Notes: generated by a model not told the origin, from the sequence alone. A DNA stretch of 63,908 bases, filler included, from Octopus bimaculoides (GCF_001194135.2; 8 parts of 8 records of this genome joined end to end with filler, not necessarily neighbours in it); one strand, 5' to 3'; counted from the whole stretch's first letter, positions 14,590-27,978 are shown. Numbers and translations are program-made.

Positions 14590-14850
14590 GGCGTGTGTCT
14601 TATTGGTAAGAGTGTTGGACTGTTGATCGTAATATTGTGCTTTCGATTATTGGACTGGGCGGTGCATTGCGCTCTTGAGCATAACACTTTATTTCACGTT
14701 GTTGTTGTTCATTATCCCTGCACAAAGTGTAATATAGTAATGTTGGAAGCGGTCTGGCAACCCACAGATGGATGGTGGATTGCTAAAAAACAAACAAAAG
14801 GAAAGTTCTGGACTGACGAGCAATTTACCCTCCTCAGATGGAAGGGTCTT
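14590..14850 (+). mobile_element. Degenerate tRNA/CORE-like SINE
   Basis: ggcgtgtgtcttattggtaagag (A-box-like)...tcttgagcataacactttatttcacgttg resembles the 5161-5459 head. Confidence 0.5.
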
Positions 14851-16348
14851 TTTTCTAACATTTTAAAGAATCAAGCATTGAAAATCTTGAAAATCAATCA
14901 AATAACTTTCTTCAACAGCCATGACATTTCGTCTTATATAAAATAACATAGTTAATCAAGCATTGCAAAGAGTTTATCAATGAGACATCTAAACGTACTC
15001 GCTCGATGGGATAATGAATTATGTGTGCCTGTAACTCAAAGATGATGTACACAAATGTGGAAAAAGCATTAACAGTAATACAATGATATACAAGAGTGTG
15101 AGAGAAATAAAGTGGTTTAGTGATATGAAAATGAGTCTGCTATTAAAATTTAGAGGAAACACGTGTGTGCTGATGGGGTTCTGTACTTCATCTCTCGAAT
15201 GTAAGTGCCGAAGCCGCATTAGAACATGAAGCAGCACTGTAGATGTTTTGGCCCTTCTGTTGTGATACCAGATCTATCCGACATCACCCGCCGATGTAAC
15301 CAGAAAACTTCCACGCAACAATACGAGCTCTGTTAAGTCAGATGATGTGACTCTGAGCCAGATGTTTCTACCACTCTCAGTGCTCCATCATGCTGCAGCA
15401 CACATCCTTCGTCTTGAGTTAGAGTCAATATCTTGCTTTCTCAATGACACCCGACACTTTCCAGGCAACATTTGTGGTCTACATCACAGCTGTACAAAGA
15501 TAATTTTGTCTTTCATTGGAGGGCTTTATCTTATCGAATTCCAGTAATAAATGAAAATCAAGTTTAAATGGCATTTCAGGGAATCACAGTCACTCGAGAA
15601 ATTGAAGCACATATCTCCATGCTCCACGTTATTTAAGAATCTATTTGTCCATAGATTTCGGGATATTTATTTCAGGGTAACTCACCGTGTTCGACTGTAA
15701 GACAAAACGTGTCTGGTTTTGTTAACCTTTAGCGCTATATTTGAGCAAGACTTTCTAACCGTGACTAAATATATATTTTTGTCCACAATATTTTACATTA
15801 AAAGTTTAAAAAAAGTGAAGGCAATGATTCCTAGCTGTCAATTATATAAAAGGAATACATCATCATATCGATGAAGGGTCGATGTATATTCCATGGTTGC
15901 ATTTAAGGTTACAGCTTAAGAAAATGAAGGTCAAATTTAAATAACGTTGTCGAGATTTGAACACAATTGAATGAAACACATGTCTCATTAAACCGTGGTA
16001 TATAAAGCCACAAGAGTAACAAGTTTACCTCTCTACCACCCCCGATAAGTCGGAGATAGAATAAACTAAGAGCAAATACTTGATTTTCTAGGAAAATGTT
16101 AATTCACCAATTACACATATGCAAAAAAAGTCTGTACAACACGGTTCTTTAAAATGATTTCCTTTTGAAAATATAATTAATAAATAAAATAAATGATTGA
16201 AGAAAACGAAATAGAAAAAAATAGAATTACTATTAGTTAAACGTGTTCGGAATTATAAAATGTCTACTTAAGCAATTACAACTATTCATATAGCTTATTG
16301 AAGTGTATAGACACGTTGTGGCCTCTGTATATATATATTATATATATA

Positions 16349-16400
<52 letters not shown>

Positions 16401-16604
16401 TGTGTGTGCGTACGTATATAAATAAATAAATATATNNNNNNNNNNNNNNNNNNNNNNNNNNNNNNNNNNNNNNNNNNNNNNNNNNNNNNNNNNNNNNNNN
16501 NNNNNNNNNNNNNNNNNNNNNNNNNNNNNNNNNNNNNNNNNNNNNNNNNNNNNNNNNNNNNNNNNNNNNNNNNNNNNNNNNNNNNNNNNNNNNNNNNNNN
16601 NNNN

Positions 16605-16641
<37 letters not shown>

Positions 16642-16864
16642 AATATATAAGTATCTGTGTATGTATGATGCGGAGTAAGTGTGATTGAATTAGAAAGAAA
16701 TAAAGGAAGAAGAGAGATATGCAGACAGAAAGACAGAGAGAAGGGAATGAGAGACAGACCCGCACAGGATGAGGGTGTGCGTGTGCGTTTGTTGGAACAT
16801 GAACACACACATTTACACGCTGAATAACTTTATGCATCTCCCTCCCTCTCTCTTTCTTTCTCTC

Positions 16865-16907
<43 letters not shown>

Positions 16908-18554
16908 GTTTATCACTATCCTCACCTCCATATCTAGGTTCCCGCTTCGCTCACTGTATCCGTTTTTCTTGAAATCTCGACGATCACCATCCCCATCACT
17001 GCCTAAACCACTACCACCACCGACAGTACTATCTCCACCACCACCATCAACAACACCACCACCATAGCTACAAATTGCACAACACTAACGACACCGCTTT
17101 CGCCACTGCCGGTACTCCAACACTCACACATTTCTTTCTCTTCCTCAACTTATTCCTTACTCAATCTACCTTTCATTCCCCTTTCTTTTCCTTTCAGTAT
17201 TGCCAAACCCCCGATTTTTTCATTTCACCCCACTGTTCCTCTTGCGTAATCTCATTCGCCCTTATGTATATCCGCTCCCATTTCGTAAATATAAAAACAG
17301 AACAAGTGAAGGAAAAACAATAACAGACAAACAAAAGAATTCATTCAAGCAGTACCTTTCTGTGTTACGCTCTTACGCTCTCACGCTCCCTGATTATTTT
17401 TCTGTCATTTTCCTCTCTTTCTCTTTTTTCTCTCTCACACTCTCTCTCTCCTTGCGTCTTACCCGTTCCGTGTTTGTCAACAATCATCAGCAAAGCTGAA
17501 ATTAGATCGATTACTGGAACATAATTTTAAAATGTGCAAGAATCACATTAAAAACCGACATTAAATGGATTATTGCACTTTGTTAGAATTTGCAGACAAG
17601 TCAAACATTTCAAACACTGGAAGAGGCATTAGAACATCGGAGAAATAATCATTATCAGTATTTCTTATTACTCGTTGCCTTCTGATTAGAAATTCAACCG
17701 ACCAGACTTTTCCTTTAATTATTTCGAAGTCAAAAACATAAGTATCAATTGAGTACTGTGAGCGAAGTAATCGACGAGCTTTTTCTGCCCACATTTGATG
17801 CTTTCCCCCGATAGGTGAAAAACATCCAAATTGAACGCACATACACACATACAATTCCATACATACATAGATACATACATACATACATGCATACAAATGT
17901 TATTTATGGACCCTTTAATGTGGCTGTCCTCTAAAAAGCAGTGTTACTGTCATTTCAGTCCCAGGTAGAAATCATCTCCAGTCGGTTTATTCAGTGCGCT
18001 TCTCACATTCAATATTTATTGCAAGAGGGAGATAACTTCTACCACCCTAGCTCCAAGACTACCAGATTACGTTATTTCGGTCTGTCGTAGATCTCCTCAA
18101 TGGTGGGTACGCGTTGCCAGGCATATGTATACATACATATATATTGTATAAAAGATTGTGGGTAAGGATACAACAATGCGAAGTAAAAGCAAGGTAAATC
18201 ACGCGAAAACAAAAAAAAAACATATGTGAATTAATGTAGTCTTAGGTTATAGTCAATATTTCGGGGTTATGACTCCATTTTCAACATATTGACGTACGTT
18301 GTCGATGTGCGAGTGTATATACTTATATATATATATATATNNNNNNNNNNNNNNNNNNNNNNNNNNNNNNNNNNNNNNNNNNNNTTAATTAATTAANNNN
18401 NNNNNNNNNNNNNNNNNNNNNNNNNNNNNNNNNNNNNNNNGCGAAGTCAAACTTGAACAGATTTGAACTCACAACATATGGAGCCAGAACAAACACTGTA
18501 AGGAATATTTTTATATTTTCCACCACAATAATAATAATAATAATCATCATCATC

Positions 18555-18726
18555 CTTTCTACTAAATGCACAAGGCCAGTGTACTCAGCTCGTACTTGAT
18601 TTATCAACCCTGGAAGGATGAAAGGTAAAGTCGACCTCAGCAGAGCTTGAACTCAGAACACAAAGACGGACAAAATGCCACAAAGCATTTCGTCCAGCAT
18701 GCTAATGATTCTGCCAGCTCACCGCC

Positions 18727-18777
<51 letters not shown>

Positions 18778-19181
18778 GTTCTTTCTAAGTATGGCATAAG
18801 ACCAGCAATTTTGGAGGTCAGCTGATTGCATGAAGCCCAGTCTTATTTTATCGATCCTGAAGGGATGAAAGAGAAAGTTCAACTCAGGACTTGAACTCAA
18901 AATCAAAAAAAAAAAAAAATACACCAGAAAAATACCAACATGCATTCTTATTTCTTTATTGCCCACAAGGGGCTAAATATAGAGTGGACAAACAAGGACA
19001 GACAAAGGGATTAAGTTGATTAAATCAACCCCAGTGCCTAACTAGTACTTAATTTATTGACCCCGAAAGGATAAAAGGCAAAGTCGACCTCGGCGGAATT
19101 TGAACCCAGAACACAAAGACAGACGAAATACCGCTAAGCATTTCGCTCAGCGTGCTAACGATTCTGCCAGCTCGCCACCCT
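18555..19181 (-). mobile_element. Three tandem SINE family B copies (18555-18726, 18783-18900, 18955-19181)
   Basis: Each contains the reverse complement of GAGCTGGCAGAATC...GTTCAAATTCCGCCGAGGTCGACTTTGCCTTTCATCCTTTCGGGGTCGATAAA. Confidence 0.85.
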
Positions 19182-19240
19182 GGTTGCATATATTATATAT
19201 ACCAACATGCATTCTTGCTAATGTCTTGATAATATCTACA

Positions 19241-19453
19241 ATACATTATTTACAATTGACGGATATTTGTCCTCATCTTGTTTGTTGTTAACACAACGTT
19301 TCGGCTGATGTACTCTCCAGCCTTCATGAGGTGTCTTGGGGAAATTTCGAACCTGGGTTCTCATTCCTAAGGTATTTTTCGATGTTGTTGTTGTTGTTAT
19401 TATTATTATTGTTATTATTATTATTCAGGTCACTGCCTGGAATCGAACCCAGG
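19241..19453 (-). mobile_element. tRNA-headed, hammerhead-bearing SINE-like element (family H1), left arm of fold-back
   Basis: B box GGTTCGATTCC, (ATA)n, body, hammerhead motif; homologous to 60141-60389. Confidence 0.75.
19290..19335 (-). ncRNA. Minimal type I hammerhead motif, core G5>C variant
   Basis: gacac-CTCATGA-a-ggctg..cagcc-GAA-ACGT-T-gtgtt: stem I gacac/gtgtt, palindromic stem III ACGT. Confidence 0.6.
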
Positions 19454-19605
19454 TTTGAAATTTCCCCAAGACACCTGATGAAGGCAAGAGGGTATATCAG
19501 CCGAAACATTGTGTTAGCAACAAATAAGATGAGGACAAATATCTGTCAAATGTAATTAATGTAAATAATGTACATAATTCCTCATCTCTTAAATATAGAA
19601 CTGTA
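19445..19605 (+). mobile_element. Family H1 3' part, right arm of fold-back
   Basis: Inverted copy of about 19241-19360. Confidence 0.75.
19470..19515 (+). ncRNA. Minimal type I hammerhead motif, intact core, weakened stems II and III
   Basis: gacac-CTGATGA-a-ggc..gcc-GAAACATT-gtgtt. Confidence 0.65.
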
Positions 19606-19950
19606 TGATGTGTTAAGTATTTTTCTAATATCCAAGGCAAAGAACTTACCAAACCAAAAGTCCTCAGGCAAATTTTCTGGTTAATGGAATGATTCCAGTA
19701 GATTAAAAGATAAAAGAAACATTCAAACTGAGTTGAAGAACAAGGTTTAGTGTGGAATTTAGAAAAGGAATTAAAAAAGAAAAACAACATCAACATCATC
19801 ATCAACAACAATAACAAGAAATGAGAAGAAGAAGAATAACAGAAAAAACAAACAAACAAGAAAATCAAATCAACAACAATGAGATTTTTGTGAAAGAACT
19901 GGTTAGAAAAAATAAGTATTAACAGAATTAATAATTATAATAATAATAAT

Positions 19951-20271
19951 AACAAGGTATGTGAGAAGAAAGAAAGAAAATTCGAGAGATATGACAGGTT
20001 AGCTTGGGAAGTTAAGCAGTTGTGGTTGATGAAAAAAGTAGCAGTAGTACCAAAAATTGTCGGAGCCCTGGGAACAGTGAGTAAAAATTTTGAGAAGTAC
20101 ATGGAACAAATAGGGGCTGCAAATAGGGTGGAACACTTGCAGAAAACAGCATTGCTTGGAACCGCTTGAATACTCTGGAAGGTGCTCGAAAAATAAGGGG
20201 TGTTACCTTAGTTCACTGGTAGTGAACAGCTGACACTAGTACATCTCAAGCATTAGAAGCTGTGCAAAGGC
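19951..20271 (+). mobile_element. R4/Dong-clade retrotransposon 3' end
   Basis: NKVCEKKERKFERYDRLAWEVKQLWLMKKVAVVPKIVGALGTVSKNFEKYMEQIG..LQKTALLGTA*ILWKVLEK*, then 3' UTR; (TAA)n on both sides. Confidence 0.9.
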
Positions 20272-20307
<36 letters not shown>

Positions 20308-20439
20308 NNNNNNNNNNNNNNNNNNNNNNNNNNNNNNNNNNNNNNNNNNNNTTAATTAATTAANNNNNNNNNNNNNNNNNNNNNNNNNNNNNNNNNNNNN
20401 NNNNNNNTCAACAAGGTGCAAACACAATTATACACACGC

Positions 20440-20785
20440 ATACGTGATGGGCTTCCACGCAGTTTTTGTCAACCAAATTCACTCACAAGGCATTGGTCAG
20501 CCCGCGTCTCTAATAAACGACACCTTGCCCAAAGTGCTGCGACCACGTGACGCAAAGCGTCTATGAAAATATTGGTTTCAAATTTTGGCACAAGACCAGC
20601 AAGTTCGAGTGAGGGGCTAAGTCGATTACATTGACCGCAGTGCAGAGCTGGTATCTATTTTATCGACCACGAAAGAATGAAACGTAAAGTCGACCTTGGC
20701 ATCATTTGAACTCGGAACGTAAAGCCGGACGAAATGCTGCTAAGCATTCTGTCCGGCGTGCTAACGATTCTGCCAGCTTGCTGCT
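20440..20785 (-). mobile_element. SINE family A fragment (20440-20545) and family B copy (20565-20785)
   Basis: Matches to other copies in the window. Confidence 0.75.
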
Positions 20786-21084
20786 TTCTTTCTTCTAAAA
20801 GGGCATTAACTGAATTTATTCAGATTATAGAAGGAAAATAGATGTGTTAGAACAAATACTTATACATACTTCTATACGTGTGTGTATGACGTGTGAGAAC
20901 GAATACATACATACTTCCATACGTGTGCATGTGTAATGCACTCAGTATGCTTGTGTGTATTACAAGCGTTATACGTCTTAAATCTTTGATTGTATAATTA
21001 AATTCCATGATCATCCCCATAACGATGTTGATTATCCGCCATAAAATGAAATTGATATATTTTCTGTTTCTGCAGAACATTATT

Positions 21085-21445
21085 CTTTTACTTGTTTCAG
21101 TCACTTGACTGCGGCCATGCTGGAGCACCGCCTTTAGTCGAGCAGATCGACCCCAGGACTTATTCTTTGTAAGCCGAGTACTTATTATATCGGTTTCTTT
21201 TGCCGACCCGCTAAGTTACGGGGACGTAAACACACCATTATCGGCTGTCAAGCGATACATATACCCACACATACATATGTACGACGGGCTTCTTCCAGTT
21301 TCTGTCTACCAAATCTACACAAGGCTTTGGTCGGTCCGAGGCTATAGTAGAAGACACTTGCCCAAGGTGCCACACAGTTGGACTGAACCCGGAACTATGT
21401 GATTGGTAAGCAAGCTACTTACCACCCAGCCACTCCTGCGCCTAT
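21085..21445 (-). mobile_element. SINE family A, near full length
   Basis: Head GGCGCAGGAGTGGCTGGGTGGTAAG, ACCTTGGGCAAGTGTCTTC CORE-like motif, tail GCTCCAGCATGGCCGCAGTC. Confidence 0.9.
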
Positions 21446-23539
21446 GATTATAGATACGGTTTTCATATACAACGCTAAGTATTTGAATTTTGCTTTGTAA
21501 GAGATTGATATATGATGAAATATGGAGGGGAAAGAAAAAAATATCTGAAAAATTATTATTTATTTATTTTTTTTTTTGTAAGAAGCTTCCCGAGTGTCTT
21601 CGCTTCTTGCAGTATAAGGAGAGCTTTGTTTTCAATATTTTTTTTTAATTCCCCAAAGCCCTTAGGTGAAAGAGCGGATATATCTGCTTTCTTCTTTCAA
21701 AAGGTTAATAATACACCATTAAGTAAATACATATAATCTCACCTGAAAGAATTTGAATGTCAAATTCCGAGATACTGCGCGCGCGTGCACACACACACAC
21801 ACACTACGTTTTGTAGTTGTATATACTGTTTAGAAAGGTTTTAATCACGACACGTTGATTACAGATCAACGTTAATATGCGATATGACAGGAAATGTAAA
21901 CTTAAAGTTGATTTTTTTTTTTTTTCCTTTCTAAAAAAGGGTAAGAAAATAATGGCCAGATAATTGTCCCGTGCCGTGCAAGCATTGTCAAATGTCTGCT
22001 TAGTAATCATTAGAATCCGAAGCGTCATCTTGGTTAAGTGTCTCTTCCACTACCGTATAAGCCTCACGTTGATCCGAACGTTGCGATGGAGATTGTACGG
22101 AAACCCATCAGATAGATTGTATCTAATTCACAGGGACAAGTCTTGACACAAACAGTTACGCTGAGCCTGCATGACGATTGTCAGTGAAACACTCAACTAC
22201 TTACCATGTGATACACTAAGTAGGGGAGTTTCCGTCAATTGAACAACTGGAGTACTCGTCGGGCAAAACCGACTCGGGGTCCACTTAAAATTGTGTAGTG
22301 GGTAATTTCCTCTTACGAAACGAAAAAAAAAAACAGACTATTTGTCTATTTAAATAACATTCGTTTTGATCGCTAGTCTACCTATATATACCACTCACTT
22401 TGACCTCTAGTCTATCTCTATGCTACACGATCTGAACGCTACTTTGTCTATATGCCACTCGCTTTGACTATATATCTATCTATCTATCTATATATATATT
22501 CTTTGAGAATTTTTTAAGTGATCTTTTTCTAGCATATTAACAGACCACTTACTGGTCGCTTTTATATACACAAGTACTATAATCCTTTTAGGATCTCGGA
22601 AATTTTTTTTCTGAACCTCTGATTCTTTTAATGTGCTAGTATTAAATTGATATTAATTAATATCGAATTTTTACCCTATTATGTTAATTATCTATGTATT
22701 TATGTATATATATATAAGTACGTAATCTTCGGTAAATAGAACGCGCATAAATATGTCGAGATAAAAACTGCATCGAACGCAAAAAATTGTACTTACATTA
22801 CGTATACATTTATACAGTGGCGGTATGTATACGATTCCAACAAGGAACAGCTAGCCCTTCGCAGCCGTTCAACTTCTTAGAAAATGCATAAACACACACA
22901 CACACACGTCTGTATATGTGTGCGTGTGTATTAAAATGTGATAGTCAGGGCAGGAATGTTGCGTTTGATCGTAAGGTCTGCTCGACGAGAGATAGCTTAG
23001 CATGGTGCTAAAAGAACAACCAACAACAAGCAACAAACAACAGTAGTTATTTTGTAAGAGTGATAAGAAAACGATTGAGCTGTATTGGTAGTAGTAGTGC
23101 AAGCGCAGGACTCGAAAAGATAGGAGAAAGGGGGCTGTGGATGAAAGAGGAAGAAAAGTGACGAAGAAAGAAACTACACAGGACAGACTGAAGAAGGAGA
23201 NNNNNNNNNNGAAAGAAAGAATAACGTAGTAATGGAATGGAAGTGTGAAATAATTGTAGTAAATGAAAGGGTTTCTATGTTCTAGCTATAGTGGGCCACA
23301 CAAAAATATTCAGGTAAAAACAAACCCACCAGGGATTCTCAAGCATTTTTTATCTATGGACCCCTTTGATTACTATTTCATTTTGGTGGACCCCCATAAC
23401 TATTCAATGTTTAAAACTAGTTTTATACATATTTCTTCCAAAATTCCTATTTTGTTTTTCACACATTAACTTGTGTAGGTTAAACTATGTAAAATGTTAG
23501 AGAAAGAAATCTGTTTCTTGCAATACATACCAATACTCT

Positions 23540-23937
23540 CTTTTACTTGTTTCAGTCATTTGACTGCGGCTATGCTGGAGCACCGCTTTCAGTCGAGCAA
23601 ATCGACCTCAGGACTTATTCTTTGTAAGCCTAGTACTTATTCTATGGGTCTCTTTTGCCGAACCGCTAAGTAATTGGGACGTAAACACACCAGCATCGGT
23701 TGTCAAGCGATGTTTGGAGGGGGGGGGGGACAAACACAGACACACAAATACGCATATATATATATACATATATGCGACGGGCTTCTTTCAGTTTCCGTCT
23801 ACCAAATCCACTCACAAGGCTTTGGTCGGCCCGAGGCTATAGTAGAAGACACTTGCCCAAGGTGCCACGCAGTGGGACTGAACCCAGAACCATGTGGTTG
23901 GTAAGCAAGCTACTTACCACACAGCCACTCCTGCGCC
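23540..23937 (-). mobile_element. SINE family A, full length
   Basis: Same modules as 21085-21445. Confidence 0.9.
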
Positions 23938-24437
23938 AAATACATATATTTAAAGCAAAATTTTTTCAGGGGCCCTCAAAAAACTATTGTGGAATTACAA
24001 TTTACTATTTTGTTGCGTGGACCCCCCCCCCCAAATCTTATATGGACCCCCGCTGAGAACCACTGGTCTACCATCACTTATCTTTTGACTGTTCGATAGT
24101 CTGGTCCTGCGTATTAAAAGCACTACATATATATACTTATTATCGCTGTATAAAATATAAGCCGTGGTCCAGTGAATGCTGAGGACTTACTTGGTGGCGA
24201 AATCAGACTAAATAGCTAAAGAGTACAGTAATATATGAATTCAGAAAACCGTAAGCCACTCTTTCGTAATCGGCTATCAGTCGTCCACGTAGTAATTACA
24301 ATGTAAGTGAAATGGCCGTAACCATATGCAAGCCATATGGATAAATATAACATCAACTTTCACACTTCCCTAACTTCATACCTCTCTCTCTCTCTCACAC
24401 ACACATGTATATATATATATAAACATACATACATACG

Positions 24438-24594
24438 CAGGCGTGGCTGTGTGGTAATAAGCTTGCTTCTCAAACACATGGTTCTGAGTTCAATCTCACT
24501 GCATGGCACTTTGGGCAAGTGTCTTCCACTATAGCTTCGAGCCGACTAAAACCTTGTGAGTGGATTTCGTAGGCGGAAACTGAAAGAATCCCGT

Positions 24595-24636
<42 letters not shown>

Positions 24637-24825
24637 CGTGTGTGTGTGTGTCCCACCACCGCTTGACAACCGGTGTTGGTGCGTTTACATCACGGTAACA
24701 TAACGGTTTGGCAAAAAGAGACTTGTAGAATAAGGACTTAGTTAAAAAAAGTTTTGGGGTCTTAAAACCCTTTCAGGTAGTACCACATGGCCACAATGAA
24801 ATGACTGAAACAAGTAAACGATAAA
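24438..24825 (+). mobile_element. SINE family A
   Basis: ggcgtggctgtgtggtaataagcttgcttc...ggcactttgggcaagtgtcttc...tail. Confidence 0.85.
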
Positions 24826-25174
24826 CGATACACACACGCACACACACACACACACATCTTCCATCACGTGGGTGTATTATGTTGTTCGCTTATAAAAAAA
24901 ACTCATGAAATAAATGATAATAATAATAAAAACCCGTCGTTCATCGCGTTGCAGACAACTGATGTTGATTAGAAAAAGCGCAATAAATAAATAAATAAAT
25001 AAAAGAAAACAAAATAAAAAGGATTGCTGCAGCTGCTGCATAAGCTATTAATAGGGAATCCAGATTTCATTCAGTCAACGCAGTAGAGTATGAGAGGAGA
25101 GGGAGGAGGGAAATACTAAAGGAAGGAGAGAAAGAGACAAACATGAATGGGACGTGAAGCATATTTGTAATAAT

Positions 25175-25395
25175 ACCTCTTTCTACTATAAGCACAGGGG
25201 CTAAAATTTTGAGGGAAGGGGGCTTGTCGATTACACCGACCCTAGTATTTTGACTGGCATTTATTTTATCAAACCCCGAAAGAATGAAAGTCGAAGTCGA
25301 CCAGGGCAGAATTTGAACTCAAAAGAGCCGGATGAAATTCCCGTTAAACATTGTTTTTGTCCGACTTGTTAACGATCCAACCAGCTTGTTGGAAA
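25175..25395 (-). mobile_element. SINE family B
   Basis: Reverse complement of gagttcaaattctgccctggtcgacttc...ttctttcggggttt. Confidence 0.75.
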
Positions 25396-25418
25396 AACGA
25401 GGCCGATTTAGCTGCCAT

Positions 25419-25973
25419 GGATCTTTTTTAAAACGGGGGCCACATTTTTCATTAACGAAACACTTTGAAACGTGGAACACTGGTAGAATGTGTCATATAA
25501 AACATCTTTTTCTCTTAGTCTTCTTAAAAAAAAAAAAGAAATCCCTAAGTTATTCCATGTTAAAGTTGTCGTATTTCTGTAATTTCAACCAATCACTGAC
25601 GTCCATTCAGCCGATATACATTAAGTGCCGACTACATAAACAAACGATTCTGAAACAATTCTATCGGTGATAGGGTTAGGGTTAGGGTTAGAGTAAAACA
25701 GCAAATTTAAAAAGCAAAAAGCAAAACGAAGCTATGGAAATTAAATACGCTTTACACCGCTTAATCAGCCAAAAGAGTAAATGTAAACAACAGTGATTGG
25801 TTGAAATTATCGAAATAAGACAATTTTTTACATGAAATAAATTCGAATACAAAAATATTTTTCTGTTCTATAACACAATATAGATAAGTATACGAAGTTT
25901 GAAAGTCTTTCGGTACCAAAAACACTACGTAAAACATTAATGAAAAATGTGGCCCCCGTTTTAAAAAAGATCC
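25419..25973 (+). mobile_element. MITE with GGATC-starting TIRs, 8-bp TSD, internal (TTAGGG)n
   Basis: TIR GGATCTTTTTTAAAACGGGGGCCACATTTTTCATTAA at both ends; flanks GCTGCCAT/GATGCCAT; second copy at 55665-56238. Confidence 0.9.
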
Positions 25974-26164
25974 GATGCCATTTCTAGCGTGCAGAGCGAC
26001 AATATCTATCTACCTATCTATCTATTTACCTATCTATCTGTATGCATGTTGGTGTGTGTGTGCGTGCGCTATCGCGTTGGAATGGAGCGGTTGCACAAAG
26101 TAACAGTTGTTAAAGTGAGCAAACTTATGAAAAAGAAAAGAAAGTGATTGGCTATAGAACTGTG

Positions 26165-26380
26165 ACTGGCGAGCTAACAACGTCAGGTAAAATGCTTAGA
26201 GGTATTTTGCCTGTCGCTTACGTTCTGAGTTCAAATTCCGCCGAGGTCGACTTTGCCTTTTATCCATTCGAGATTGATGAAATAAGTACCAGTGGAGTAT
26301 TGGGGTCGATGTAATCGACTAGTCCCTCCCCCAAATCTCAAGCCTTGTTCCCTATAGTAGAAAGTGTTATTATTATAATC
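26165..26380 (+). mobile_element. SINE family B
   Basis: ggcgagctaac...gttctgagttcaaattccgccgaggtcgactttgcctttt. Confidence 0.85.
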
Positions 26381-26947
26381 ATTATTATTATTAAGTAAGG
26401 TTCGGAGTAGAAGAGACAGTCTGGATTAAAATTAGACTATAGTAGTGGATGTCAAGAACAAAATTAGGTTATGGGGGGGGGGGCTTTACTTTGAGGATCC
26501 GGGGTGGAGTTTTTGAGATATTTGAGGTGAAAGGGGAATAGCAATCGCTTGACAAAGAAAAGAAGAGAAAAATATTTGGAATGCCATTTCGAGAATGTTC
26601 CCACGATAAAGAGAGAGCGGTAAAGGTNNNNNNNNNNNNNNNNNNNNNNNNNNNNNNNNNNNNNNNNNNNNTTAATTAATTAANNNNNNNNNNNNNNNNN
26701 NNNNNNNNNNNNNNNNNNNNNNNNNNNTATATATATATATATATATATATGCGTAATTGCATATGTACATGTGCACATATACACACAGATTCATACACCT
26801 AGATAGATATTGATTTCTTCCTTTCATTTTGTCAATTGTCTCATACATCTATAAACACAAACACACATATCAACACATACATACACACACACAATACACA
26901 CACACATACACACACATACTCACCCATTTGAAATCGTATTCCTCCAC

Positions 26948-26978
<31 letters not shown>

Positions 26979-27550
26979 TGTTTCATATGCGCTTGTATAT
27001 TTATAATCATATTTAAAATTATATATTTATGTATGCATTCGTATGCAATACTATAACTATACGTATTCAAAATTATATACACATATATAGATACATGCAA
27101 ATACATAACACATATACACATATTACATATATATATATATATACAAGAACTTATACACACACATATACAAGCGTATATACGCAAACATATGAATATAAAT
27201 TACCTTTGTTGAACGCCAATCGCCCTATAGAGTGCTTTGCTTGTTTGAATGTAAATATTGTTAACACAAACCTGAATGCATCGGATTGAATTTCTTCCCG
27301 AGTTTCTGGTTTTGTCGGCCATTTTGAATCTAATGTCATTCTTTGTATTTCTTTCATTTCTCTCATGTCTTTCATTTATTCATTTCTTTATTATTTATTT
27401 ATTGATTGGATATTCTTTCCTTCTTATTCCATCACTTTTACCTTTATGTTTTTCGAGTTCTTTCCTTTTATTTTTGTTGTTGTTGTTGTTTATATCTTAC
27501 CCTATTCTTTCTTCCATGTTTTCTATCGTTTCAATATTTCTTTCTTTCCT

Positions 27551-27582
<32 letters not shown>

Positions 27583-27918
27583 TCCTTCCTGCTTGTATTA
27601 TTTTGTTGTATTTTCCTCTTTTCTTTTGTTTGACATTTGATTCCATGTAATAATTTTTTTTTCTTCTCATTTGCGTTATTAGAATTTTCTTTCTTTTCTT
27701 CTTTCTCCCTCAATCTCCTTCCTTCTCTTCATCTTTGTCTTTTCTTGTTCGTTTGTTCTATCTTCTTCACTGTCCTCATTCTTCCTTAATTCATATACAT
27801 TTCCTATCTCTTTTTTTCCCTTACCATTCTTCTCATTCGTTTATATTTCTTCGTACATTTTACCATTTACACTAATATTATACATAGACACATACATACA
27901 AACACTCACTCACACACA

Positions 27919-27978
<60 letters not shown>

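Noticed and set aside
17570-17830. Non-repetitive ORF GGKHQMWAEKARR...
   Set aside because: No recognisable homology or convincing splice sites.
24175-24215. CTGAGGA..GTGGC-GAAA hammerhead-like string
   Set aside because: Closing pair of stem II mismatched; no stem III or stem I complement.
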